Of a DNA stretch of 64,000 nucleotides, positions 50,337-59,525 are shown piece by piece. The number at the start of each line of letters is the position of its first letter. Within the stretch, counting starts at the first letter, position 1. Below the pieces are notes generated by a model. The model worked only from the letters and a program-made list of their open reading frames with translations, was not told the DNA's origin and did not search any database. This DNA is from a bacterium. Lineage in GTDB: Bacteria > UBA8248. The position numbers were made by a program, and so were the translations under genes. The stretch lies in the NCBI GenBank assembly GCA_965203325.1, contig OZ241875.1, forward strand, positions 3,008,001 to 3,072,000, given 5' to 3'.

Positions 50337-51227
50337 TTACCTTTCCATGTTGCGGGGAACGTAGCGCGGCTCGGCGACGGAGCGATCCAGATCGCGCAGG
50401 ACGTCGTCCAACACCGAGAACTGGCGTTCGACCGATTCGCGCCCGAGGAGGATGGCTCCGTAACCGGGGGCGAGGTTCTCGATGTCGTAGCTCTCGAAGA
50501 CGTCGGCGATGCCCTTTCTCATCGGCCCGGTTTCCACACCTTCCAGCCACCAGTAGCGCGTGTTCAGCAGAAAGGAGCGCACGAATGCGGAGGTCGTCAC
50601 TTCATCTTTCTCCACCGCCCAGGGGCCTTCGGGCTTATCCCCCCACACGTGGCTGAACATGTCCGAGGAGAAGAGAGTGCGGGTGGCTTCGTCGTAGATC
50701 CACATGGTGGTGATGAGGCGGATGGGCGCGTTGATGCCGTGGATGACGCGGTTCTCGTTGCTTCCGACGCAGCATGTCAGCTCATTTCCCAGAACCGTCG
50801 TCGGGAATATCTGATCCTCCTCGCTCTTGGGGCCGAACTCCTCCACGTCGAAATCGAGCCAGAAATCCATGTCGGGCCGCCGGGCGAAGCACTCCACGAC
50901 GTTGAACTCCCTGGCGAGCGCGGCTGCGTTTCCGACGGACATGAACTCGTTCAGCCTGAGCGGGTAGATCGAAAGCGGGGTGTCGGGCGTGATGATGGAG
51001 CCTATCTGCCCGAACAGGGAATTTCTGTGCCCGCCATAGCCCGTGTCGAGCAGAATCGCGCCGTCTTTCTCGCAAAGCAGATAGCAGTTCGACGGGGCGA
51101 AGCCCCTGGCGCTCAGGGGATAGGCGCTTATCCGGCCATCCAATTCAAATACGTTGTGCAGGGCGTAAGCCTTGCCGCCGCCCAAATCCGTGACGCCGCT
51201 GTAAGACAAGACGCTGCTGTCGACCAT
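50337..51227 (-). CDS. MBL-fold protein with degenerate metal site
   Basis: NCYLL, LLDTG, YD..TRTLFSSD.F, APGYG; the H-x-E/H-x-D-H position reads LRLNEFMS. Confidence 0.72.
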   Translation of the reverse strand: MVDSSVLSYSGVTDLGGGKAYALHNVFELDGRISAYPLSARGFAPSNCYLLCEKDGAILLDTGYGGHRNSLFGQIGSIITPDTPLSIYPLRLNEFMSVGNAAALAREFNVVECFARRPDMDFWLDFDVEEFGPKSEEDQIFPTTVLGNELTCCVGSNENRVIHGINAPIRLITTMWIYDEATRTLFSSDMFSHVWGDKPEGPWAVEKDEVTTSAFVRSFLLNTRYWWLEGVETGPMRKGIADVFESYDIENLAPGYGAILLGRESVERQFSVLDDVLRDLDRSVAEPRYVPRNMER

Positions 51228-51557
51228 CAATGGATTCCTCCGGTCCTACTTGGGGCTGCGCACCGCAATCCTGCTACCTTTCTTCGATTCCCTCGCACAT
51301 TGGGATTTTCAAGATGCCGACATTAGACAGGATATAAAGAGCTTTTGCACCCCGATCAGACCATTCGCTGCGCGCTTCGACCTGGCGTCTGTTCCGGTGG
51401 CGATGCACCCCGTCGCATGCGGGCATACGGAACGGAGGCCCGAAAACGTCCATTTGTAAATTTCACCGAGAAATGGTATCGTGAATCATACCTATCACCC
51501 ACAGCAGTGGGGGTCCTACCTACCCCATCATACCCACCCCTCAGAAGGAGGAAGACC

Positions 51558-52547
51558 ATGTCGATCTCCAAACGCATTCTTGTTCTCGCAGCCGTTCTGG
51601 TCTTATGGAGCGCACCAGCGCTGGCCATGAAGTTCCCCTCGAAGCCGATGGAATTGATTTGCACCACATCGCCCGGTTCGAGCGTGGCGGTCTGGTGCCA
51701 GCTTCTCGCCCAGGAGTTCCCCAAAGTGCTCGGCGTTCCCATGCGGGTGACCTTCAAGAGCGGAGGCTCGCAGCACGAGCCGGTTCTCTACGTCTCGGGC
51801 AAGCCCGCCGACGGGCACATCATCATGCACATCAGCGCCAGCTTCTACGGGTATTTCCACCTGCCGCACTACAGGAGGTCGTACGACGACTTCCAGACGC
51901 TGGCCCAGGTGGAGAAGCACGTCTACGGCGTCGCGGTGAAGTGCAACAACAAGTACGGCATCAAGACGTTCGAGGATCTCGTCGCCTACGCCAAGAAGAA
52001 CCCCGGTAAACTGTCGATGGGCTCCAACAAGAGAGGCTCCACCCACCACCGCCATCAGCTCGCCTTCCTGAAAGCCGCGGGCATCGGGGACAAGGTCCGC
52101 ACGATCTTCTACCGGGGCGACGGCAACGTGGTGAAGGACGTACTCGGCGGCCATCTCCCCAGCGGGCAGGCCTCGCCGCGCACGTGGAGGCCGCACATCG
52201 AGGCGGGAACCATCTGCCCGCTCGTCTCGCAGACCCACAAGCGCCTCTCGCACGACCCGATCTGGAAAAACGTCCGGAGCGCGGTGGAAGTCGGCCTCAA
52301 ATACGACCTCCCGCTCCACTGGCAGGGCCTCATGGTCAAGAGAGGCACGCCTCCGGCAGTCATGAAAATACTGGAGGACGCCGTGTACAAGGTGACCAGC
52401 TCGCCTGACTACAAGGACTATCTCGCCAAGGGGACGCACATCGTCCTGGACGTCAAGACGGGATCGGAGTGGCTCAACAAGGACATGGCGAAGAACCAGG
52501 CGGTCGTGAAACAATTCATGATCGACCACAAGATCATCAAGAAATAG
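51558..52547 (+). CDS. tctC: Tripartite tricarboxylate transporter substrate-binding protein
   Basis: Signal peptide, FP.KP, PADG, Y.G.......VLGG, GTP. Confidence 0.88.
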   Translation: MSISKRILVLAAVLVLWSAPALAMKFPSKPMELICTTSPGSSVAVWCQLLAQEFPKVLGVPMRVTFKSGGSQHEPVLYVSGKPADGHIIMHISASFYGYFHLPHYRRSYDDFQTLAQVEKHVYGVAVKCNNKYGIKTFEDLVAYAKKNPGKLSMGSNKRGSTHHRHQLAFLKAAGIGDKVRTIFYRGDGNVVKDVLGGHLPSGQASPRTWRPHIEAGTICPLVSQTHKRLSHDPIWKNVRSAVEVGLKYDLPLHWQGLMVKRGTPPAVMKILEDAVYKVTSSPDYKDYLAKGTHIVLDVKTGSEWLNKDMAKNQAVVKQFMIDHKIIKK

Positions 52548-52596
52548 AGGGTTTTGAGCGGACGGCGGTAGTTACCGCCGTTATTAAGGCGCGGAC

Positions 52597-53145
52597 ATGA
52601 CGGAACAAAAAGAAAAGAGCGCCGCGTCTCCCTATGAGTTGAAGGTTCCGATGAGGGCGGCGGTGCTGGCCACCACCGCCCTCATCCTGGGGGGACTCGC
52701 GTTTCTCTACTACGAAACCTTCAAGATGCAGCCTCCCTACGAGCCGGGGTATCCGGGCGACGCCTTTTTCCCTCGGCTGGCGCTCGGTTTCTCGATTATC
52801 TGGGCGGTGATCATCCTGGCGCGCGGGTTTTTCCTGCCCCAGGCGGCGCAGGCCGAAGGAGACGAGGAGCCATACCTACAGGGGCATTGGCTGGAGTTCG
52901 CCTCCATCGTCGTTTTCGTTTACCTCTACGCGCTTCTACTCGAACCGATAGGGTTCGAGATCATGACCATTGTGCTCATGATGTGCCTGCTGGTTCCGCG
53001 CATGCGTGTGGAATCGGCGCCGCGCGGCGCGCTGCTGCTGGGTTTCGCGTTGTCTTTTGTGACGATGATCGTCCTGTATCTGGGACTGGTGCCGATGCTG
53101 AATATCCCGTTGCCGCTCAAATTCCTGCCGATCTATATCCTCTAG
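52597..53145 (+). CDS. tctB: TTT small membrane subunit
   Basis: PG..FFP motif, 4-5 TM, final LP; lies between tctC and tctA. Confidence 0.85.
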   Translation: MTEQKEKSAASPYELKVPMRAAVLATTALILGGLAFLYYETFKMQPPYEPGYPGDAFFPRLALGFSIIWAVIILARGFFLPQAAQAEGDEEPYLQGHWLEFASIVVFVYLYALLLEPIGFEIMTIVLMMCLLVPRMRVESAPRGALLLGFALSFVTMIVLYLGLVPMLNIPLPLKFLPIYIL

Positions 53146-53174
53146 GGCCGCAATCGATGGAAGGGAAGTGATAG

Positions 53175-54704
53175 ATGGAAGGAACTCTCGGGCACATATT
53201 CGCAGCGACCGGCCAACTGGCCTCGCCCGCGATCCTCGCGATCATGCTGGGGGGCGTCGCGGTCGGCGTCCTCATGGGCGCCATGCCGGGGTTCGGCAGC
53301 TCACAGGCCCTGGCCCTCCTATTCCCCCTGACTTTCAAGATGCCGGTGGAGTACGCAACCATGTTCTTCCTCGCCGTCTATTCCGGGGTCGAATACGGGA
53401 GTTCCATTCCGGCCATCCTGATCCGCACGCCGGGGACGGGGGCGTCCGCCGTCACCGTTCTCGACGGCTACACCATGACCCGCAACGGACTCGCGCGAAA
53501 GGCGCTGCGCGTCTCGCTCTACTCAGGCGTCATCGGCGGCGTCACCAGTACTCTGATCTTCATCATCGCCGGCACTTCGCTCGGCAACGTCGCCTTGATG
53601 TTCGGACCGGGCGAATTATTCGCGGTCGGCGTGTTCGGCCTCTCCATCGTGGCGAGCTTCTTCGGAAAAGACGCCGCGCGCGGCTTCCTCGCCACGGGCA
53701 TCGGATTGTTGTTGGCGACGGTCGGAAGTTCGGGTTTCGGCGGACTGCGGTTCACCTTCGACCAGGGATATCTGATGGACGGAATACCGCTCGTCGTCGT
53801 CATCATCGCCTTTCTGGCCGGTCCCGAGGCGTTCAACCTCCTGGTGGAGCACCGGCGCACCATCGAAAGCAAGGAAACCGCCGCCCAGGGAGCCGCCGAT
53901 GAGCGCAACCGGATTCTGCCGTCGGAAGTCAAAAGGCTCATCCCCACCTGGATTCGCGCGAGCCTGATCGGAACGGGGGTCGGCGCCGTACCGGGAGCGG
54001 GCGGCTCCATCGCCGGGATGCTGGCCTACAGCGAGGAGAGGCGGTGGTCGAAGCGCTCGGAGGAGTTCGGCACCGGCATCATCGAGGGCGTCGCCGCGCC
54101 CGAGTGCTCGAACAACGCCCTGGTCGCGGGGACGCTCGTGCCCTCGCTCTCGCTCGGCATTCCGGGTTCTGGCGGCGCGGCCATTCTTTTAGGCGTGCTG
54201 ATCAGCAAGGGTCTGGTTCCCGGCCCGCTGCTCTTCCGGGACAACGGGACGTTCGTGATGACGGTGTTCATCGGCCTTTTCGTGATCAACCTCATGCTCC
54301 TGTGCACGGGACTCGTCGGCACCCGCGCCTTCAGCTTGGTCGCCAAGGTGCCCCGCCGCATCCTGGGGCCGTTCGTCCTGATCCTCATCGTCGTCGGCAG
54401 CTACGTGTACGCGAACTACACGGCCCACGTCGTCATGGTGCTCATCCTGGGCGCGCTCGCCTACTTCTTCGAGAAGGTCAACATTCCCGTCGTGCCCATC
54501 GTGCTCGCGTTCATCATGGGGCCGATCATCGAGATCAACCTGAGCCGCGCGCTCACGATCTCGGGCGGGGACATGTGGGCGCTCCTCTCCAGCCCCATCA
54601 CGGCGACCATTCTCGTGCTCTCCCTCATCACGGCGGTCTACAGCATGGCCGCGATGTTCCGCGCGGCGAGGCTCGGGATCACCGGCGGAGCCGACGCCGA
54701 ATAG
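53175..54704 (+). CDS. tctA: TTT large permease
   Basis: GA.PG, IL..TPG, DGY.M, AAPE..NNA, LGIPG, PGPLLF. Confidence 0.93.
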   Translation: MEGTLGHIFAATGQLASPAILAIMLGGVAVGVLMGAMPGFGSSQALALLFPLTFKMPVEYATMFFLAVYSGVEYGSSIPAILIRTPGTGASAVTVLDGYTMTRNGLARKALRVSLYSGVIGGVTSTLIFIIAGTSLGNVALMFGPGELFAVGVFGLSIVASFFGKDAARGFLATGIGLLLATVGSSGFGGLRFTFDQGYLMDGIPLVVVIIAFLAGPEAFNLLVEHRRTIESKETAAQGAADERNRILPSEVKRLIPTWIRASLIGTGVGAVPGAGGSIAGMLAYSEERRWSKRSEEFGTGIIEGVAAPECSNNALVAGTLVPSLSLGIPGSGGAAILLGVLISKGLVPGPLLFRDNGTFVMTVFIGLFVINLMLLCTGLVGTRAFSLVAKVPRRILGPFVLILIVVGSYVYANYTAHVVMVLILGALAYFFEKVNIPVVPIVLAFIMGPIIEINLSRALTISGGDMWALLSSPITATILVLSLITAVYSMAAMFRAARLGITGGADAE

Positions 54705-54977
54705 GCGGGGAAGATGGGGGCGCTCGCCCGGTTGTGGTAGTCTCATCAACGATATGCCCGAAGCAGAATCGCAGCCGCTGTAGTCGCCTGCGCCTTCAGA
54801 CAGGCGGTTGGCGCCCGCGTCAACCGCATACCCCCCGCTTCTGAACACGTGCTCGAGGTTCCAGGCCAGCGGATGGGGAATAAAATTCGTTCTCCAATTC
54901 TCTGCCGGCGCGCCCTCGGTCGCCGCGTGAATTTCCGATAATCGGAGGACACTAATTTTTTAGCGCAGGAGAAAATC

Positions 54978-55856
54978 ATGGGTGAAAAGCTGGGAATGAT
55001 CGGACTGGGAAAGATGGGCCTCCCGCTCTCGCGGCAGATGATGGCGGACGGCCACGAGATCGTCGGCTACGACATCGACCCCGCGCGGATGAAGATGCTG
55101 GAGGAGGAAGGCGGGCGCCCCGCCGCTTCGGCGCAGGAAGTGGCCGAGCAAAGCGACATCACGTTCAGCATTCTCTTGAAACCCGAGCACATCGAGGAAA
55201 ACACGTTCGGCCCGAAAGGCATCGTCGCTGCCGGAAAAAAGGGCCTCATTCACGTCGAAATGAGCACCATGGAGCCCTCCTTTCAGGCCGACCTGGCTGC
55301 GCGGCTCGCCGCCGAGGGCATTGAGATGCTGGATGCGCCGATATCGGGTTCCCACAACCGGGTCGATACAAGAACCATTTCCTTCATGGTGGGCGGCAAA
55401 AAAGATGTATTCGAGCGGGTAAAGCCGATTCTCGATCCGCTGGCGGCGGATGCGGCCCACACGGGTCCGAGCGGAACCGGGGCCACCATGAAAGTCGTGA
55501 CCAACCTTTTCGTCAACTCGTGCACGGCGCTGTTTGCCGAGTTGATCGTGGTGGGCGAGCGCGCAGGGCTCTCGCATGAGATCATGAGGCATTGCCTCTC
55601 GAAAGGTTCCGTGCAGGGTTCCATGCTTTCACAGACTGCCCCCAGGATGTTCGAGAGGGATTTCGCCCCGCGCGGGGCGGTGGAAATATTCGTGAAGGAC
55701 ATGGGCCTCGCGATCAAGCTTGCCGAAGAACACGGTGTCGAACTCGCCGTGGTTCCCGCGGCGCGCAAGATGTTCGAGCGGGCCGAGGCCACCGGCTGGG
55801 GCAAAGACGACGCCAGCCGCGTCATCGAGGTGTACGAAGGGAAGGATATGCAATAG
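54978..55856 (+). CDS. Beta-hydroxyacid dehydrogenase (3-hydroxyisobutyrate dehydrogenase family)
   Basis: IGLGKMG, DAPISG, MVGG, K...N, KDM. Confidence 0.92.
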   Translation: MGEKLGMIGLGKMGLPLSRQMMADGHEIVGYDIDPARMKMLEEEGGRPAASAQEVAEQSDITFSILLKPEHIEENTFGPKGIVAAGKKGLIHVEMSTMEPSFQADLAARLAAEGIEMLDAPISGSHNRVDTRTISFMVGGKKDVFERVKPILDPLAADAAHTGPSGTGATMKVVTNLFVNSCTALFAELIVVGERAGLSHEIMRHCLSKGSVQGSMLSQTAPRMFERDFAPRGAVEIFVKDMGLAIKLAEEHGVELAVVPAARKMFERAEATGWGKDDASRVIEVYEGKDMQ

Positions 55857-56040
55857 TCCTGCGGCGGTGAAAGCCGGCGCCAGAGGGTGGTCTCGTTACA
55901 TCTTTACGTTCTCGGAAAATCGGCTATTTCCAGATCAATACATCTGCATTCTCCATTTGTTTTGCTGGATGAATTCGTAATAGTCTTACACCGCATACTC
56001 AGACCATAAAAATGGAATTTCACATAGTGGTGGGGAAAAT

Positions 56041-57219
56041 ATGAGCGTTGTCGATATCCAGGTGGAAGGGGGTTGCCACAGCGATTTTTCATCCGTGGAA
56101 GAAACGTTCCGGGAGAACTTCGCGAGCCGGAGCGAATTGGGGGCCGCCGTCTGCGTGTACAAGGACGGCGAGAAAATCGTGGACCTCTGGGGAGGCCACC
56201 GCGACGAAGCCCGCACGCAGCCCTGGACGGAACATACCATCGTACTCATGAGTTCCATCGCCAAGAGCATGAGTGCGCTCTCCGTCCACATGCTCGTGGA
56301 CCGGGGCCAGGTTTCGCTGGATGAGCCGGTGGCGCGGTATTGGCCGGAATTCGCCCAAAGCGGCAAGGAGAACATACTGCTGCGGCACACCATATCCCAT
56401 CAATGCGGCGTCATCTTCTGCGACGCGGCCAAGCCCGGCGACTTTTTCGATTACCCGGCCCAGGTGGCCGCCATCGCCGTGCAGGAACCCGCATGGCCCG
56501 CGGGTTCCAAGGGCGCATACAATTCCATCAACTTCGGTTTCATTCACGGGGAGATCGTCCGCCGGGTGAGCGGCAAGCGGATCCGCGACTTCATCCGCGA
56601 GGAGATTACGGGGCCCCTCGGCGCGGATTACAACGTCGGCCTCAATGAGGAAGAACTCGCGCGCGTCGCGCCCATGCACCGGAATCCCGAAAACAAATTC
56701 TGGGAGTTGGGAGAAAAGCCCGGCACGCTGCTGCACAGGGCGTGGGGGAGTCGGCCGATAGGCGTCGATTTGGTGAATTGCCGCGAGAACCGCGTGGGCG
56801 AGAATCCCTCTTCGGGCGGCCACGGGAACGCCCGCGCCATCGCGCGCGTGTACGCGATGCTGGCTGGCGGCGGCGAAATCGGCGGCGTCCGCCTGCTCCG
56901 GCCCGAAACGGTGGAGCAACTCTCCAAAGTTCAGTGGGAGGGGGTCTGCGCGATGACAGGCGCGCCCCGGCGGATGGGTCTCGGCTTCATGCACAACTCC
57001 CCGCCCAACTCGCCGATGGGACCCAACATGATGGCCTTCGGCCACGGCGGCTCCGGTGGGGCGTTCACGTTCTGTGACCGGGAGCGGAACATGGCGTTCG
57101 GTTACTGCACCAACTACCAGCCCGAGGGGAATCCCCCGGGAATTCGTGCCCGCTCCCTGGTCGCCGCCGCCTTCGGAAACGCGCCGGACTGGAAACCCGG
57201 GACGCCGGCGGAGATATAG
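56041..57219 (+). CDS. Beta-lactamase-family serine hydrolase (family VIII esterase-like)
   Basis: VDLWGG, SIAK (SxxK), catalytic Tyr in GAYNS, FGHGG.GG. Confidence 0.9.
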   Translation: MSVVDIQVEGGCHSDFSSVEETFRENFASRSELGAAVCVYKDGEKIVDLWGGHRDEARTQPWTEHTIVLMSSIAKSMSALSVHMLVDRGQVSLDEPVARYWPEFAQSGKENILLRHTISHQCGVIFCDAAKPGDFFDYPAQVAAIAVQEPAWPAGSKGAYNSINFGFIHGEIVRRVSGKRIRDFIREEITGPLGADYNVGLNEEELARVAPMHRNPENKFWELGEKPGTLLHRAWGSRPIGVDLVNCRENRVGENPSSGGHGNARAIARVYAMLAGGGEIGGVRLLRPETVEQLSKVQWEGVCAMTGAPRRMGLGFMHNSPPNSPMGPNMMAFGHGGSGGAFTFCDRERNMAFGYCTNYQPEGNPPGIRARSLVAAAFGNAPDWKPGTPAEI

Positions 57220-57255
57220 CCTGCCCCCCGAAGCCGGGGTGTTTTCCAGCGCACC

Positions 57256-58488
57256 TCAGATCACGCCGTCTTCCTTGAGCTTTTCTATCTCTTCTTTCGC
57301 GAGGCCGAGCAAATCACCCAGAATCTCCTCGTTGTGCTGGCCGTTCAGGGGAGCGGGTTTGTCGTAGCCGCCGGGGGTTTTGTTGAATTTGAGCGGAAAG
57401 GCGGCCGTCTTGACGCCGCTCAGGGGACCGAGCGCGGGGTGGGGGAGGTCTTCGATCATATTCCGCTCTTTCAGGTGCGGCCAAGCGAGGATGTCCCGGA
57501 TGGTGTGGACGGGTCCGCAGATGACGTCGAAACGGCGCAGTGTGGAGAGCGCCTCCTCCACGGTGTGCTTTTCCGTCCACTCGGTGATGACGGCGTCCAC
57601 CTCGTCGTTGTGCGTGATTCGGCCGCTTAAATCAGAATAACGCGGGTCGCCCACCAGCTCCTCGCGCCCGACGGCGCGCAGGATGTTGTTCCAGTGCTCA
57701 TCGGTGCCCGAGCCGACCACCAGCCAGCCGTCGCTCGCCGGGTATGCGTTGAAAGGGGATAGGCGCATGATGCGGTTTCCCAGCCGATCGGGCAGCCCCA
57801 GCGCCTCGTAGCAGTCCATCGGCTCATCGAAAACGAGCGACAGGAGACAGTCCACCATGGAGACGTCCAGCCACTGGCCTTCGCCCGTGCGCTCACGGTG
57901 CAGCAGCGCCGTGGTGATGGCGCCGTAGGCGAACGTGCCCCCGATGCTGTCCGCGATGGCGGAACCCGCCTTGGTGGGGGGGCCGTCGGGGAAGCCGGTC
58001 AGGTTCATGAGGCCCGAAACCGCCTGGGTGACGGCGTCGTAGCCCTTGAGCCGTGCATCGGGGCCGCTCTGGCCGTAGCTGGTGATGGAGCAGTAGACGA
58101 GCCTCGGGTTGCGCTTCTCGAGCGTCGCGTAGTCGATCTTGAGCCTTTTCGTTACGCCCACCGAGAAGTTCTCGACGAGCACGTCGGCCTCATCCACCAG
58201 GCGGTAGAAAAGCTCCAGCCCGCGCGGCTCCTTGAGGTTCAAGGTCAGGGATTTCTTGTCCCGGGTCCGCTTCAGGTAGGCGATCCCCAGGTCGTCCTCG
58301 GTTTGCTTATGGAAGGACACGCCCTCGGGACCCGCGTAGGGAGGCCCCATGGCCACGACGTCGCCCGTGGCCGGGTGGTTCACCTTGATGACCTCCGCCC
58401 CCAGACCTGCCAACAGGAGCGTCGTCCAGGGCCCCGAGTAGAACTGGGTCAGGTCCAGCACCCGGAATCCTTCGAGTGGTTTCGGCAT
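57256..58488 (-). CDS. CaiB/BaiF (family III) CoA-transferase
   Basis: PL.G.RVLDLT, LGAEVIKV, ADVLVENF, GYD, AP..GQH. Confidence 0.93.
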   Translation of the reverse strand: MPKPLEGFRVLDLTQFYSGPWTTLLLAGLGAEVIKVNHPATGDVVAMGPPYAGPEGVSFHKQTEDDLGIAYLKRTRDKKSLTLNLKEPRGLELFYRLVDEADVLVENFSVGVTKRLKIDYATLEKRNPRLVYCSITSYGQSGPDARLKGYDAVTQAVSGLMNLTGFPDGPPTKAGSAIADSIGGTFAYGAITTALLHRERTGEGQWLDVSMVDCLLSLVFDEPMDCYEALGLPDRLGNRIMRLSPFNAYPASDGWLVVGSGTDEHWNNILRAVGREELVGDPRYSDLSGRITHNDEVDAVITEWTEKHTVEEALSTLRRFDVICGPVHTIRDILAWPHLKERNMIEDLPHPALGPLSGVKTAAFPLKFNKTPGGYDKPAPLNGQHNEEILGDLLGLAKEEIEKLKEDGVI

Positions 58489-58519
58489 GAGAGACTCCTT
58501 GGTCTGATATCACCCCGCC

Positions 58520-58601
58520 GTCATTCCGGCTTTCGGCGGAATGACGAACCAGGAAACGCATAGGCCGCCTTTGGCAGGGACAGGTCGCGACCTGTCCCTA
58601 C
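58520..58601. repeat. Palindromic repeat pair (gtcattccg hairpin and REP-like cagggacaggtcgcgacctgtccctac)
   Basis: Same families as at 14185, 30338 and 45896. Confidence 0.8.
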
Positions 58602-58648
58602 GGGTGAGGGATCAACTTACATGCGGCTCATCGTTGTTATCCGTTTCG

Positions 58649-59524
58649 TTATGGCACAACTGGAAGTGGTTGACCGTCCGCCCCGCCGTTCGTCGCCGCC
58701 TTATCTTTCACGCGGCGCGCCTCGTCCATGGGGCACAGGGTGATGCAGGTCGCGCACATGTGCGGCGCGTTCTCGGTGAAGGCCATCATGCGTCCGGCGA
58801 GCTGGAGTTCGGGGTAGCCGTAGCGCGTCTTGAAGACGTCGACGGCCTTCTCCGCCGAGACTTTTTGGGGGTACATCACCATGCACTTGTAGTGGTCCAC
58901 CGCGCCGTCTCCGGGCAGCGCATGCGCCGGGCAGGGCTTGATGCACTTATACCCGCACTCCACGCAGAATTCGGGCACCACGCCGTATTGCTTGGGAGTA
59001 TCCGCTTCGAGCGGGGCCGACGTGATGACGGCCCCCAGCCGTATGCGCGAGCCGTATTCGGCGGTGATCAGGTTGTTGTTCACGCCGATTTCGCCCATGC
59101 CTGCGTTCACCGCCGCGAGCCTCAAGTCAAAAGAACCCTGCATGAACACCTCGGGTTCCGCGCCTTCGCGCAGGATGCGGAGCGAGGGGATGTCCCGTCC
59201 AGCAGGCGTGGGCAGCGCCATGTGTCCCTCATCCTCGATCCAGAGGGCGAGCCGGTATGAGAGCTTGTTGATCCAGGCTTCGTGACCGTAATAGCCGAAT
59301 TCGAGATAGCCCACCGAGGGCCGGGGCGTGGCGTTGCCGAAGGGCATCCGGCGCGCGAAGACGACGACGCTTCTGGCGCCCTTCACCAGGTCTTCGGGCT
59401 TGCAGCCGGGGAGGGCTTTCTCGTAGCCCTCGCACGAGGAAATCCCCACTAGATCCGCGCCGAATTCGCGGGCCTGCACCTTGACGTCGGCAGAGGAAAT
59501 CGCGGTGCTTGAGCCGTTTTCCAT
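58649..59524 (-). CDS. QueG/reductive-dehalogenase-like 2x[4Fe-4S] protein, paralogue 2
   Basis: GADLVGI, AA..AG.GEIG.NN.LIT.EYGSR.RLG, CxxCxxxCxxxCP and C...CxxCxxxCP. Confidence 0.8.
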   Translation of the reverse strand: MENGSSTAISSADVKVQAREFGADLVGISSCEGYEKALPGCKPEDLVKGARSVVVFARRMPFGNATPRPSVGYLEFGYYGHEAWINKLSYRLALWIEDEGHMALPTPAGRDIPSLRILREGAEPEVFMQGSFDLRLAAVNAGMGEIGVNNNLITAEYGSRIRLGAVITSAPLEADTPKQYGVVPEFCVECGYKCIKPCPAHALPGDGAVDHYKCMVMYPQKVSAEKAVDVFKTRYGYPELQLAGRMMAFTENAPHMCATCITLCPMDEARRVKDKAATNGGADGQPLPVVP

Positions 59525-59525
59525 C

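Noticed and set aside
56041..57219. Antibiotic-resistance beta-lactamase
   Set aside because: No signal peptide, and the motifs fit cytoplasmic family VIII esterases; the MBL-fold genes also lack the class B HxHxD motif
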